Source: an uncultured Chloroflexia bacterium (GTDB lineage: Bacteria; Chloroflexota; Limnocylindria; Limnocylindrales; CSP1-4). Taken from it: a DNA stretch of 64,000 bases. The stretch is taken from positions 339,496 to 403,495 of the forward strand of contig CAVTJD010000007.1 in the NCBI GenBank assembly GCA_963734995.1, given 5' to 3'. The notes under the pieces were generated by a model, which was not told the origin of the DNA, made no database searches, and saw nothing but the letters and a program-made list of their open reading frames with translations. Positions within the stretch are counted from its first letter, which is position 1, and the number at the start of each line of letters is the position of its first letter. The translations under genes were made by a program, and so were the position numbers. Below are positions 43,915 through 52,753 of the stretch, piece by piece.

Positions 43915-45909
43915 GTGTCGGAGACACGCGCGGTCTCTGCGGAATTGATGCCTCTCCGGATACCAGCCTCGAGCGTTTCGGCGATCGGCCGCCGACCGGG
44001 CCTCGACGGAATCCGGGCGCTGGCCGTCCTCGCGGTAATCGCCTATCACCTCGGTTACGGCTGGGCGCCCGGCGGCTTCGTGGGCGTGGACATCTTCTTC
44101 GTCCTGTCCGGGTACCTCATCACTTCACTCCTGCTCTCCGAGCATTCCCGTACCGGCCATATCGCCCTCCGGGAGTTCTGGTTCCGCCGTGCCCGCCGTT
44201 TGTTGCCGGCCCTGTTCGTCATGCTCATCGCCGTGGGAGTGTGGGTCGGGCTCACAGCGCCGCCCTTTGAGCTGCTCACTCGCCGCGACGACCTGATCTC
44301 GACGCTCCTGTACGGAAGCAACTGGCATTTCATCTTGAGCGGCCAGGACTACTTCGCCCAATATGCGTCTGCCTCACCCCTCCGCCACACCTGGTCACTC
44401 GCGATCGAGGAGCAGTTCTACATCGTCTGGCCCCTCGTGGTGGCTGGGACACTCTGGATCGGCCGGCGACGCCGCTTCGCGCTCGCGGCGATCTGCGTTG
44501 CTGGCATCGCCGTCTCGGTCGGTGCCATGGGTGTGCTGTTCGACCCCGCCGACCCGTCCCGTGCCTACTACGGGACAGACGCACGGATGCACCAGCTCCT
44601 CATCGGGGCGCTCCTAGCGATCCTGATGCGCCAGTGGGGCCTCGAGCTCCTGACCCGCCGCCTGGCGCCGATCATCGCGCCACTCGCCCTCGTTGTGCTC
44701 GTCGCGGCGTTCGCGACGGTCGGCGACCAGTGGCCCGCCTACTACCTGGGGCTGTCGGTCATCCTGGCCACCAGCACCGCCGCCCTGGTCTGGGCGGTGG
44801 AGGTGAATCCTCAACATGCGGTGGCCCGCGGGCTGTCACTCGCCCCCGTCGCCTGGATCGGGCGGATCTCATACGGCCTCTACCTGTGGCACTGGCCGGT
44901 GATCCTCGCCATCACGGTCGCGCCGGGCCCCCTGGCGATGCTGCCGGGAACGCTCGGGCTCGACCTCGCCCGCATCGGGGCAACCTTCGGAATCGCGATG
45001 GTCTCGTACTACATCCTCGAACAGCCTCTCCAACGCGGCCGGATGCCGGTCGTGGGTCGCTCGGCGCGTCGTTTGGTGGCCGCGACCGCCGCCAGCTTCG
45101 TGGTCGTGGCCGGGGTGACGTTCACAGCCACTGCCGGGGCGACTCCGCCTGAGCCATCGGTATGCCCGCCGTTCAAGATCTGCGTCCAACACGAAGGGCC
45201 GGCCGGCGCGCCTGTAGTCGCGCTGATCGGCGACTCCATCGCCCGATCGCTCGACCTGGCCTTTGTAACCCTCGCTGAGGGCCACGGATGGACGTATGTC
45301 CTCCAGGCAAACCCCGCTTGTCGGGTGGACGAGTTCGAGGCAGCGAACCAGGGTGCATACGCGGCCGAGATAGCCCTGTGCGTGGCTCGAACGCGGTCGC
45401 AACAGGACACGTTGGTCGCCCGATGGCACCCTCGTCTCGTCGTCATGGCAGACCTCACTGAGACGACCGACGTCCTGGACGACGACGGCCACCCGTTGGT
45501 TGCTGGCTCCGACGCAGCGGTTGCCCTTACTGGTGCGGCGCTCGCCGATGTAGCTCGGCGGATGACGGCTGACGGCGGACGGTTCGCGATCCTGATGCTT
45601 CCTCCCAGGCTTCCGCCCGAGTGTGGGAAGGCATCGAATTTCGATACGCCGACCTGCACCATAGCGGCTGAGGCCATCGAGTTGCCCTCCGACCTCCGCT
45701 ACCACGAGCTGTACGATGAGTTGGCCGATGCGATGCCGCGGGTCTCGTCGATCTCCATCACCTCTGCCGTATGCCCGCAAGGCACATGCACTCCGCTTGT
45801 GGATGGCGTCTTCCTTCGCTACGACGGCACCCACTTCACGACTGGCGGCGCGAGAGCCATGGGCGCCACGCTCGACGCTGAGCTCGCTGCGGTCGGGGCC
45901 TGGCGCTGA
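43915..45909 (+). CDS. OafA-like acyltransferase (acyltransferase-3 membrane domain plus C-terminal SGNH-like domain)
   Basis: GLDGIRALAVLAVIAYHLG…VDIFFVLSGYLITSLL…FWFRRARRLLPAL…HTWSLAIEEQFYIVWP…SYGLYLWHWP. The C-terminal roughly 270 aa includes VALIGDSIA. The start is uncertain (GTG 43915 or ATG 43948). Confidence 0.85.
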   Translation: MSETRAVSAELMPLRIPASSVSAIGRRPGLDGIRALAVLAVIAYHLGYGWAPGGFVGVDIFFVLSGYLITSLLLSEHSRTGHIALREFWFRRARRLLPALFVMLIAVGVWVGLTAPPFELLTRRDDLISTLLYGSNWHFILSGQDYFAQYASASPLRHTWSLAIEEQFYIVWPLVVAGTLWIGRRRRFALAAICVAGIAVSVGAMGVLFDPADPSRAYYGTDARMHQLLIGALLAILMRQWGLELLTRRLAPIIAPLALVVLVAAFATVGDQWPAYYLGLSVILATSTAALVWAVEVNPQHAVARGLSLAPVAWIGRISYGLYLWHWPVILAITVAPGPLAMLPGTLGLDLARIGATFGIAMVSYYILEQPLQRGRMPVVGRSARRLVAATAASFVVVAGVTFTATAGATPPEPSVCPPFKICVQHEGPAGAPVVALIGDSIARSLDLAFVTLAEGHGWTYVLQANPACRVDEFEAANQGAYAAEIALCVARTRSQQDTLVARWHPRLVVMADLTETTDVLDDDGHPLVAGSDAAVALTGAALADVARRMTADGGRFAILMLPPRLPPECGKASNFDTPTCTIAAEAIELPSDLRYHELYDELADAMPRVSSISITSAVCPQGTCTPLVDGVFLRYDGTHFTTGGARAMGATLDAELAAVGAWR

Positions 45910-46256
45910 CGCCGCTGTAAGCCGACAACGGCACCTGCTGGTTCGCGACCATCGGGGACTCGATCTCAGTCTGTAGTTCGTCGCCGGCATTCGCAGATCC
46001 AGTCGATGACGCGCTGGACCTCGAGCCGCAGCGGTTCTCCAATGTCCACGCGGGGTGAGGGCATCGACATGTCAAGCGGAGCTGGAGGTCCTGGTCCCGA
46101 GGAGCGGAAGCTTTTTCTTCGTCTGGGTTCAGACCTACGAACAGAGCCTCTCTCCAATGAGCCGCATCATCTACCTCGCTCGCCGCCGGCAACTTCCGAG
46201 CCATCCAACTACTACCCACCCCCTCGTTGACGCAATCGGGGCGCAGCACTAGACTC

Positions 46257-46281
46257 AATCCCGACGAAATCGGTCGGAATT
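46257..46281. promoter_or_regulatory. 25-bp imperfect palindrome, AATCCCGAC-N7-GTCGGAATT (candidate Rrf2-family operator)
   Basis: Arms match at 8 of 9 positions. It lies 70 nt upstream of the Rrf2 gene ATG, and its length equals that of known IscR-type sites. Confidence 0.4.
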
Positions 46282-46350
46282 CCCCGGCGCGGCGGCCCCC
46301 TCGCCGCTGGCGTCCCCCTGGGGAACTCCGGCCCGTCACCTATCGACCCG

Positions 46351-46884
46351 ATGAGGACCGAGACCCTGACCACGCGCGCGAGCTTCCACGGCACCGGTGC
46401 CCTTGCGTTCAGCACCAAGGGCGAGTACGGCGTGCGCCTGATGGTCCAGCTGGGGCGGCGATACGGCACGGGGCCCGCGAGCCTGGCCGAGATCGCGCAG
46501 GTCGAGGATCTACCGCGGGCGTACCTCGAACAGCTGGTGACCAGCCTGCGTGACGCCGATCTCGTGATCTCCACGCGCGGCGCGCACGGTGGCTACGAGC
46601 TCGCGCAACCGCCGGCGGAGATCCCGATGAGCGCGGTGCTGCGCGCTCTGGAGGGGCCTATCGCCCCCATGATCTGCGCGACCGACGATCCGGAGCACGT
46701 CACCTGCGAGCGATCGGCTCGCTGCACCGTCAACCTGCTGTGGGTCAAGGTCCACGACGCGATCGCGGACACGCTCGACGCCATCACCCTCGCGGACCTC
46801 GTCCCGGTCCGCCACGTCACCCTCGATCAGGGCCGGGTGACGGCCGTGCCCACCACGACCGGCGCGCCGGCCGGCATGGCGTAG
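46351..46884 (+). CDS. Rrf2-family (IscR/SufR-like) Fe-S-sensing transcriptional regulator
   Basis: STKGEYGVRLMVQLGRRYG…ASLAEIAQVEDLPRAYLEQLVTSLRDADLVISTRGAHGGYEL, and the cluster ligands C-x9-C-x5-C (MICATDDPEHVTCERSARC). Confidence 0.85.
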   Translation: MRTETLTTRASFHGTGALAFSTKGEYGVRLMVQLGRRYGTGPASLAEIAQVEDLPRAYLEQLVTSLRDADLVISTRGAHGGYELAQPPAEIPMSAVLRALEGPIAPMICATDDPEHVTCERSARCTVNLLWVKVHDAIADTLDAITLADLVPVRHVTLDQGRVTAVPTTTGAPAGMA

Positions 46885-46953
46885 GGCCGGGAGCAGCCGA
46901 ACGGCCGTGACCACACCGACACAGACACGCACCGACAACCCAGGAGCCACCAC

Positions 46954-47835
46954 GTGACCGACGCGAACGACCACGAGCTCGTCATCTCGGACCTCCGGGT
47001 CGCCCCCGCGGCCCATCCGGACCACGAGATCCTGCAGGGCATCAACCTCACGATCCGCAAGGGCGAGACCCACGCGATCATGGGCCCCAACGGGTCGGGC
47101 AAGACCACGCTCGCGTACGCGCTGATGGGGCACCCGGCCTACGTGGTCAAGTCGGGCGAGGTGTGGTGGAAGGGCCGCAACCTGCTGACGCTGACACCCG
47201 ACAAGCGCTCGCGCCTGGGCCTGTTCCTCGCGTTCCAGTATCCGACCGCCGTTCCCGGCCTGTCGGTGGCGTCGTTCATCCGGAGCGCCCTCAATGCCAA
47301 GCTCCAGGGCGTGGACAAGGACAGCGACGTGGATCCCACCGACCCGACGCGCGGCGGAGTGTCGATGCTCGACTTCCGGCGCCGCATGCGCGAGAAGATG
47401 GCGCTGCTCAAGATGGAGGACAGCTTCGCCTCCCGGTACGTCAACGACGGCTTCTCGGGCGGCGAGAAGAAGCGGCTCGAGATGCTCCAGATGGCGATGC
47501 TGGCGCCGGAGATCGCGATCCTCGACGAGACGGACTCGGGGCTGGACATCGATGCGCTGCGGATCGTCGCCGAGGGCGTCAACGCGATGCTCAACCCGGA
47601 CATGGGCGTGCTGTTGATCACGCACTACCAGCGGTTGCTCAACTACATCACGCCCGACGTGGTCCACGTGCTGGCGGCGGGCCGGATGGTGACCTCGGGT
47701 GGCAAGGACCTGGCGCTGCGCCTCGAGGACGAGGGCTATGGCCCGATCCTGCGTGAGGCAGGGCTCGAGGCCGATGCGTCCGACGAGGCGCTGGCTGTCC
47801 CCCAGGAGCCGGAGGCGGCCGGCGCAGGCCGGTAG
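46954..47835 (+). CDS. sufC: Fe-S cluster assembly ATPase SufC
   Basis: GPNGSGKTT, LFLAFQYP, FSGGEKKRLEMLQM, ILDETDSGLDIDAL, LLITHYQRLL. Confidence 0.95.
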   Translation: MTDANDHELVISDLRVAPAAHPDHEILQGINLTIRKGETHAIMGPNGSGKTTLAYALMGHPAYVVKSGEVWWKGRNLLTLTPDKRSRLGLFLAFQYPTAVPGLSVASFIRSALNAKLQGVDKDSDVDPTDPTRGGVSMLDFRRRMREKMALLKMEDSFASRYVNDGFSGGEKKRLEMLQMAMLAPEIAILDETDSGLDIDALRIVAEGVNAMLNPDMGVLLITHYQRLLNYITPDVVHVLAAGRMVTSGGKDLALRLEDEGYGPILREAGLEADASDEALAVPQEPEAAGAGR

Positions 47836-47842
47836 GCGACCG

Positions 47843-49174
47843 ATGGCGACCGAGGTCGATCCCCGCACCACCACCGTGCCGCGCGGTATGGTCGGTCATC
47901 CGGGCAACCTGGCCGGCGGGCAGGACCGCGCCCCGCTCGATCCCGTTGCGCTGCGGGCCGACTTCCCGATCCTCGAGCAGTCGGTCAATGGGCACCCGCT
48001 GGTGTACCTGGACTCGGCGGCGACCTCGCAGAAGCCGACGCCGGTGATCGAGACGGTCGATCGCTACTACCGCGAGTACAACGCCAACGTCCATCGCGGG
48101 ATCTACACGATGGGCGAGCGAGCGACGGCCGCGTACGAGGCGGCCCGCGCAACCACCGCGCGGTTCATCGGCGTCAGCGACCCGCACGAGATCGTGTTCA
48201 CGCGCAACGCGACCGAGGCGATCAACCTGGTCGCGTACTCATGGGGTCGCCGGAACATCGGCCGTGGCGACGTGATCGTCCTGACCGAGATGGAGCACCA
48301 CGCGAACCTCGTCCCGTGGCAGCTGCTGGCCCAGGAGAAGGACGCCGACCTGGAGTTCATCCCGATCACCGATGACGGGCTGCTCCGCCAGGACGTGTTC
48401 GAGGTTCTGCTGCGCCTCAAGCCCAAGCTGGTCGCGTTCGCCCACGTCTCGAACACGCTGGGCACGATCAACCCGGTCGAGGACATGACGCGGCGCGCCC
48501 ACGAGGCCGGCGCGCTGGTCCTGATCGATGGCGCCCAGGCGGTGCCGCACATCCCGGTCGATGTCGCCGCCATCGGCTGCGACTTCTACGCGTTCAGCGG
48601 TCACAAGATGCTGGCGCCCACGGGATCCGGCGCCTTATGGGGACGGATGGAGCTGCTCGACGCGATGCCCCCGTTCCTCGCCGGCGGCGAGATGATCCGT
48701 GAGGTCCACCTCCGCCGGTCCGAGTGGAACGACGTCCCCTGGAAGTTCGAGGCCGGCACGCCCGACATCTCGGCCGCGATCGGGCTGGGCGCCGCGGCCG
48801 AGTACCTGACCGGCCTCGGCATGGACCGGGTCCAGGCTCACGAGCAGGAGCTCGTGGCCTACGCGCTCCAGACGCTGCCCCGCGAGGTGCCGGGTATCGA
48901 GATCTACGGCCCGTCGGCGGAGCATCGCGGTGGCGTGGTGTCGTTCAACCTGCCCGGGGTTCATCCCCACGACGTGGCCCAGGTGCTGGATCGGTTCGGG
49001 ATCGCCGTCCGGGCCGGCCATCACTGCACGATGCCGCTCCACGAGCGCCTGGACCTGGCCGCGACCGCGCGCGCGAGCTTCAGCGTGTACACCACGAAGG
49101 CGGATATCGATGCCCTCGCCGCCGGCCTGCGTCAGGTCACCGACCTGTTCGGCGGCGGACGTCCGCTATCCTGA
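47843..49174 (+). CDS. sufS: Cysteine desulfurase SufS (group II)
   Basis: FPIL…YLDSAATSQKP, NANVHRG, FSGHKMLAPTG (PLP Lys), RAGHHCTMP (catalytic Cys). Confidence 0.95.
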   Translation: MATEVDPRTTTVPRGMVGHPGNLAGGQDRAPLDPVALRADFPILEQSVNGHPLVYLDSAATSQKPTPVIETVDRYYREYNANVHRGIYTMGERATAAYEAARATTARFIGVSDPHEIVFTRNATEAINLVAYSWGRRNIGRGDVIVLTEMEHHANLVPWQLLAQEKDADLEFIPITDDGLLRQDVFEVLLRLKPKLVAFAHVSNTLGTINPVEDMTRRAHEAGALVLIDGAQAVPHIPVDVAAIGCDFYAFSGHKMLAPTGSGALWGRMELLDAMPPFLAGGEMIREVHLRRSEWNDVPWKFEAGTPDISAAIGLGAAAEYLTGLGMDRVQAHEQELVAYALQTLPREVPGIEIYGPSAEHRGGVVSFNLPGVHPHDVAQVLDRFGIAVRAGHHCTMPLHERLDLAATARASFSVYTTKADIDALAAGLRQVTDLFGGGRPLS

Positions 49175-49182
49175 GCGATCCG

Positions 49183-49581
49183 ATGGACGATCTGTATCGC
49201 GACTACATCCTCGAGCACTACCGGCGGCCCCACAACTTCGGGGTGATCGACGAGCCGTCCGCGACCTACGAGGGGTCGAACCCGCTGTGCGGTGACCGGA
49301 TCACGATGCAGCTCGCCGTGCGCGGCGGGGTCGTCGAGCAGATCGGGTTCACGGGTCGTGGCTGTGCGATCAGCCAGGCCTCGGCGTCGCTGCTCACCGA
49401 CGAGGTCAAGGGCAAGCCCATCGACGAGGTTGTCAACCTCGGCGCGGCCGACCTGCTGGACCTGCTGGGGATCGAGATCAGCCCCGCACGGCTGAAGTGC
49501 GCCATGCTCAGCTTCGACTCGCTCCAGCACCTGCTGGACGAGATCGGGGCGAAGCCGCTCCCCGCGAAGGAGCCGAGCTGA
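49183..49581 (+). CDS. sufU: SufU/NifU-like sulfur-acceptor and scaffold protein
   Basis: YRDYILEHYRRPHNFG, NPLCGD, GRGCAISQAS, ARLKCAML. Confidence 0.9.
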   Translation: MDDLYRDYILEHYRRPHNFGVIDEPSATYEGSNPLCGDRITMQLAVRGGVVEQIGFTGRGCAISQASASLLTDEVKGKPIDEVVNLGAADLLDLLGIEISPARLKCAMLSFDSLQHLLDEIGAKPLPAKEPS

Positions 49582-49742
49582 TGCGCCGCTGCTCGTGTCA
49601 CCGGCCGGCCTGAGCCGGCACCTCTCCCCGGCCCCCGCCCGCGGATCCCTCGGGATGCCCGCGCCGGAGCGCCCGTTCCGTCGTCCCAACCGCCCCGCCG
49701 GCAGATCGGCGGCCCGTCGTCCATCGGGAGCACCCCGTCACC

Positions 49743-50936
49743 ATGTCGAAAACCTATGCCGAACTCCTCCGTGAGGCCCGGACCGAGGTCCGGGAGGTCT
49801 CGCCGGCCGAAGCGGACGCGCTCCGCCAGGGCGGTGGCATCAACCTGATCGACGTCCGCGAGGCGTCGGAGTGGGATCAGGGCTACATCCCGGGCGCCAG
49901 CCACGTGTCGCGGAGCTACCTCGAGCAGCAGATCGAAGGCGCCGTCCCGGACCATGACGCGCCGGTGGTCCTGTACTGCGCGGGCGGGGTGCGCTCCCTG
50001 TTCGCGGGTCAGGCGATGCGCGCGATGGGCTACACGGACGTGTCGTCGATGAGCGGCGGGTTCCAGGCCTGGAAGAGCCAGGGCCTCGAGTGGACCCAGC
50101 CCGCGTACCTGTCCGACCAGCAGAAGCAGCGCTACAGCCGCCATCTGCTGATCCCCGAGGTGGGCTCCGAGGGCCAGGCGAAGCTGCTTGGCTCGAAGGT
50201 GCTCCTGATCGGCGCCGGCGGCCTGGGCTCGCCCGCCGGGCTGTACCTCGCCGCCGCCGGCGTGGGCACGATCGGCATCGTCGACTTCGACGTCGTCGAT
50301 CTGTCCAACCTCCAGCGGCAGGTGATCCACACCAGCGACCGGGTGGGCGAGAAGAAGACCGACTCCGCGCGCCAGACGCTGACCGCGCTCAACCCCGACG
50401 TCACGGTGGTCGCGCACGAGGAGATGCTGGTCGCCGACAACGTGGACCGGCTGATCGCGGGCTACGACGTGATCCTCGACGGGACCGACACGTTCGAGAC
50501 CCGGTACACGCTCAACGATGCGGCGGTCGCCGCAGGCATCCCGGTCGTCCACGCCTCGGTGTTCCGGTTCGAGGGTCAGCTCACCACGTTCGTGCCGTAC
50601 GAGGGCCCGTGCTACCGCTGCCTCTATCCGACCCCACCGCCGCCCGAGCTTGCGCCCGGGTGCTCGGTGGCCGGCGTGCTGGGCGTGGTGCCGGGGATCA
50701 TGGGTCTGCTCCAGGCAAACGAGGTGCTCAAGCTGCTGCTGGGCATCGGTGACACGCTGGCCGGGCGGCTGCTGCTGTTCGACGCGCTCGAGACCGAGTT
50801 CACCGAGCTGCGCCTCCGCCGCGATCCCGAGTGCCCCGTGTGCTCCGATGCTGCCCGCGCCGCGCGCGAGGCAGGAACGCCGCTGCCCGTGGCGGCGGCC
50901 AGCGACGGGGTGTTCACCCTGGGGGCGGCGCGATGA
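49743..50936 (+). CDS. E1-like adenylyltransferase/sulfurtransferase (MoeB/ThiF fold) with an N-terminal rhodanese domain
   Basis: Rhodanese part: LIDVRE…GYIPGA…VLYCAGGVRS. E1 part: YSRHLLIPEVG…VLLIGAGGLGSPAGLYLAAAGVG…DLSNLQRQ…CYRC…CPVC. Confidence 0.9.
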   Translation: MSKTYAELLREARTEVREVSPAEADALRQGGGINLIDVREASEWDQGYIPGASHVSRSYLEQQIEGAVPDHDAPVVLYCAGGVRSLFAGQAMRAMGYTDVSSMSGGFQAWKSQGLEWTQPAYLSDQQKQRYSRHLLIPEVGSEGQAKLLGSKVLLIGAGGLGSPAGLYLAAAGVGTIGIVDFDVVDLSNLQRQVIHTSDRVGEKKTDSARQTLTALNPDVTVVAHEEMLVADNVDRLIAGYDVILDGTDTFETRYTLNDAAVAAGIPVVHASVFRFEGQLTTFVPYEGPCYRCLYPTPPPPELAPGCSVAGVLGVVPGIMGLLQANEVLKLLLGIGDTLAGRLLLFDALETEFTELRLRRDPECPVCSDAARAAREAGTPLPVAAASDGVFTLGAAR

Positions 50937-51286
50937 GCACGGTCAAGTTCCCGGCGGTGCTGCGCGCCAACGTGGGCGGCGCCCGCGAGGTCGAGGTCGG
51001 TGGCGCGACCATCGGGGAGGTGCTCGACGGGTTGGTGGGCACGTACCCGGCCCTCCGCGAGCAGCTGTTCACCGATGACGGCGAGCTCAACCGGTTCATC
51101 AACGTCTACGTCAACGGTCAGGACGTTCGCTACCTGGACGGCCGGGCGACCGCCGTCACGGATGGCGACGAGGTCCGGCTGTTGCCGGCGATGGCCGGCG
51201 GCTCGAGCGGCGGTCCGGAGGACGGGCTCGTGGTCCCGGAGGATGGTCTCGTTGGTACGGCCGACAGGGACGGCGGATCGGGATGA
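50933..51286 (+). CDS. cysO: CysO/MoaD/ThiS-type sulfur-carrier protein with a 27-aa extension after the Gly-Gly motif
   Basis: …RFINVYVNGQDVRYLDGRATAVTDGDEVRLLPAMAGG closely parallels mycobacterial CysO, which ends at GG. Here the frame continues SSGGPEDGLVVPEDGLVGTADRDGGSG. ATGA overlaps occur at both ends. Confidence 0.85.
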   Translation: MSTVKFPAVLRANVGGAREVEVGGATIGEVLDGLVGTYPALREQLFTDDGELNRFINVYVNGQDVRYLDGRATAVTDGDEVRLLPAMAGGSSGGPEDGLVVPEDGLVGTADRDGGSG

Positions 51287-52278
51287 CCGAGGCCGCCAGC
51301 CTCCACGCGCTGGCGCACGACGCCGACGAGCGCCACGGTGGACGGTATGAGTCGATCGTGGACGCCGTGGGGCACACGCCGCTGGTCGCCATCCCGAGGA
51401 TGAGCCCCAACCCGGCGGTCCAGCTGTACGCCAAGCTGGAGATGTACAACCCGACCGGGTCGGTGAAGGATCGCGCGGCCAAGTACCTGGTCGAGGATCT
51501 GGAGCGGCGCGGGCTGCTGACGCCGGACTCGATCATCCTCGAGCCGACCTCGGGCAACACCGGGATCGCGCTGGCGATGATCGGGCGTCGCCGGGGCTAC
51601 CGGGTCGCGCTGGTCATGCCCGACAACGTGACCTACGAACGGCGCCAGGTCGCCGCACTGTTCGGCGCCGAGATCATCGACTCGCCGGGGAGCCTCGGCT
51701 CCAACGGCGCGATCGCGCTGGCCAAGGAGCTCGCCGCGCGGGACCCGCGGTTCGTGATGCCCTACCAGTACGGCAACCCGGCCAACCCGCTCGCCCACTA
51801 CGAGACCACGGGCCCCGAGATCCTCGCCGACTGCCCGGAGATCGACGTGTTCGTGGCCGGCCTCGGGACGTCGGGCACGCTGATGGGCACGGGCCGCTAC
51901 CTGCGCGAGCACCGGCCGGGCGTGCGGATCGTGGCCGCGGAGCCGCTCCCCGGGGAAGACGTCCAGGGTCTGCGATCGCTCGAGGAGGGCTTCGTGCCCG
52001 AGATCTTCGATCCCGACCTGCTCGATGCCAAGTACCTCGTCTCGAACCGCGATGCGGTCGCTGCGCTGCGCGACCTCGTGTTCCGCGAGGGTGTGTTCGC
52101 CGGGCCGTCGTGCGGCGCGGTGCTGGTCGCGGCGGCGCGCGAGGCACGCCGGATGACCAGCGGCACGATCGTCGCGCTGTTGCCCGACGGCGGCTGGAAG
52201 TACCTCTCCGCGGGCACCTTCGAGCGTGACCTGGACGAGATGGAGGAGGACTTCGAGGGCGGGGTGAACTGGTGGTGA
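51283..52278 (+). CDS. cysM: PLP-dependent cysteine synthase (CysM-like, thiocarboxylate-dependent type)
   Basis: NPTGSVKDRAA (PLP Lys), EPTSGNTGIALA, GLGTSGTLMG. Adjacent to cysO and mec. Confidence 0.9.
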   Translation: MTEAASLHALAHDADERHGGRYESIVDAVGHTPLVAIPRMSPNPAVQLYAKLEMYNPTGSVKDRAAKYLVEDLERRGLLTPDSIILEPTSGNTGIALAMIGRRRGYRVALVMPDNVTYERRQVAALFGAEIIDSPGSLGSNGAIALAKELAARDPRFVMPYQYGNPANPLAHYETTGPEILADCPEIDVFVAGLGTSGTLMGTGRYLREHRPGVRIVAAEPLPGEDVQGLRSLEEGFVPEIFDPDLLDAKYLVSNRDAVAALRDLVFREGVFAGPSCGAVLVAAAREARRMTSGTIVALLPDGGWKYLSAGTFERDLDEMEEDFEGGVNWW

Positions 52279-52285
52279 GCGCATC

Positions 52286-52753
52286 GTGAGCGAGGTCGCG
52301 GACGCCGGACACCCGGGTCCGGCCAGCGTCCGCCTGCCGCGCGCGATGGCCGACGCTATCGTCGCCCAGGCGACCGCCGAGTATCCCAACGAGGCCTGCG
52401 GCATCGTCATCGGCAGCGGACCTGCCGCGGGCGGCGGCGAGGCCGTCAGATACGTGGCCTGCCGCAACGAGGCCGCCTCCCCGTACCGCTATGCGATCGA
52501 CAGCCAGGAGGCGTTGCGGCTGTCGATCGAGGCCGACGACGCCGGCCAGGAGTTCTGGGCGATCGTCCACTCGCACGTGCGGTCACCCGCGGTGCCGTCG
52601 CCCACCGACGTCGGGCTCGCGTTCTGGCCGGACGCGCTGTACATCCTGGCGTCGCTGGCCGAGGACCAGGCGTCGCCCGACGGCGAGCCGTCGCTTCGCG
52701 CCTGGCGAATCCGGGACGGCGCGTCGTTCGAGGTCGAGCTCGAGGTCACGTGA
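52286..52753 (+). CDS. mec: JAMM/MPN+ metalloprotease (Mec-like)
   Basis: EACGIV and HSHVRSPAVPSPTD (E…HxH-x7-S-x2-D JAMM motif). Confidence 0.85.
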   Translation: MSEVADAGHPGPASVRLPRAMADAIVAQATAEYPNEACGIVIGSGPAAGGGEAVRYVACRNEAASPYRYAIDSQEALRLSIEADDAGQEFWAIVHSHVRSPAVPSPTDVGLAFWPDALYILASLAEDQASPDGEPSLRAWRIRDGASFEVELEVT

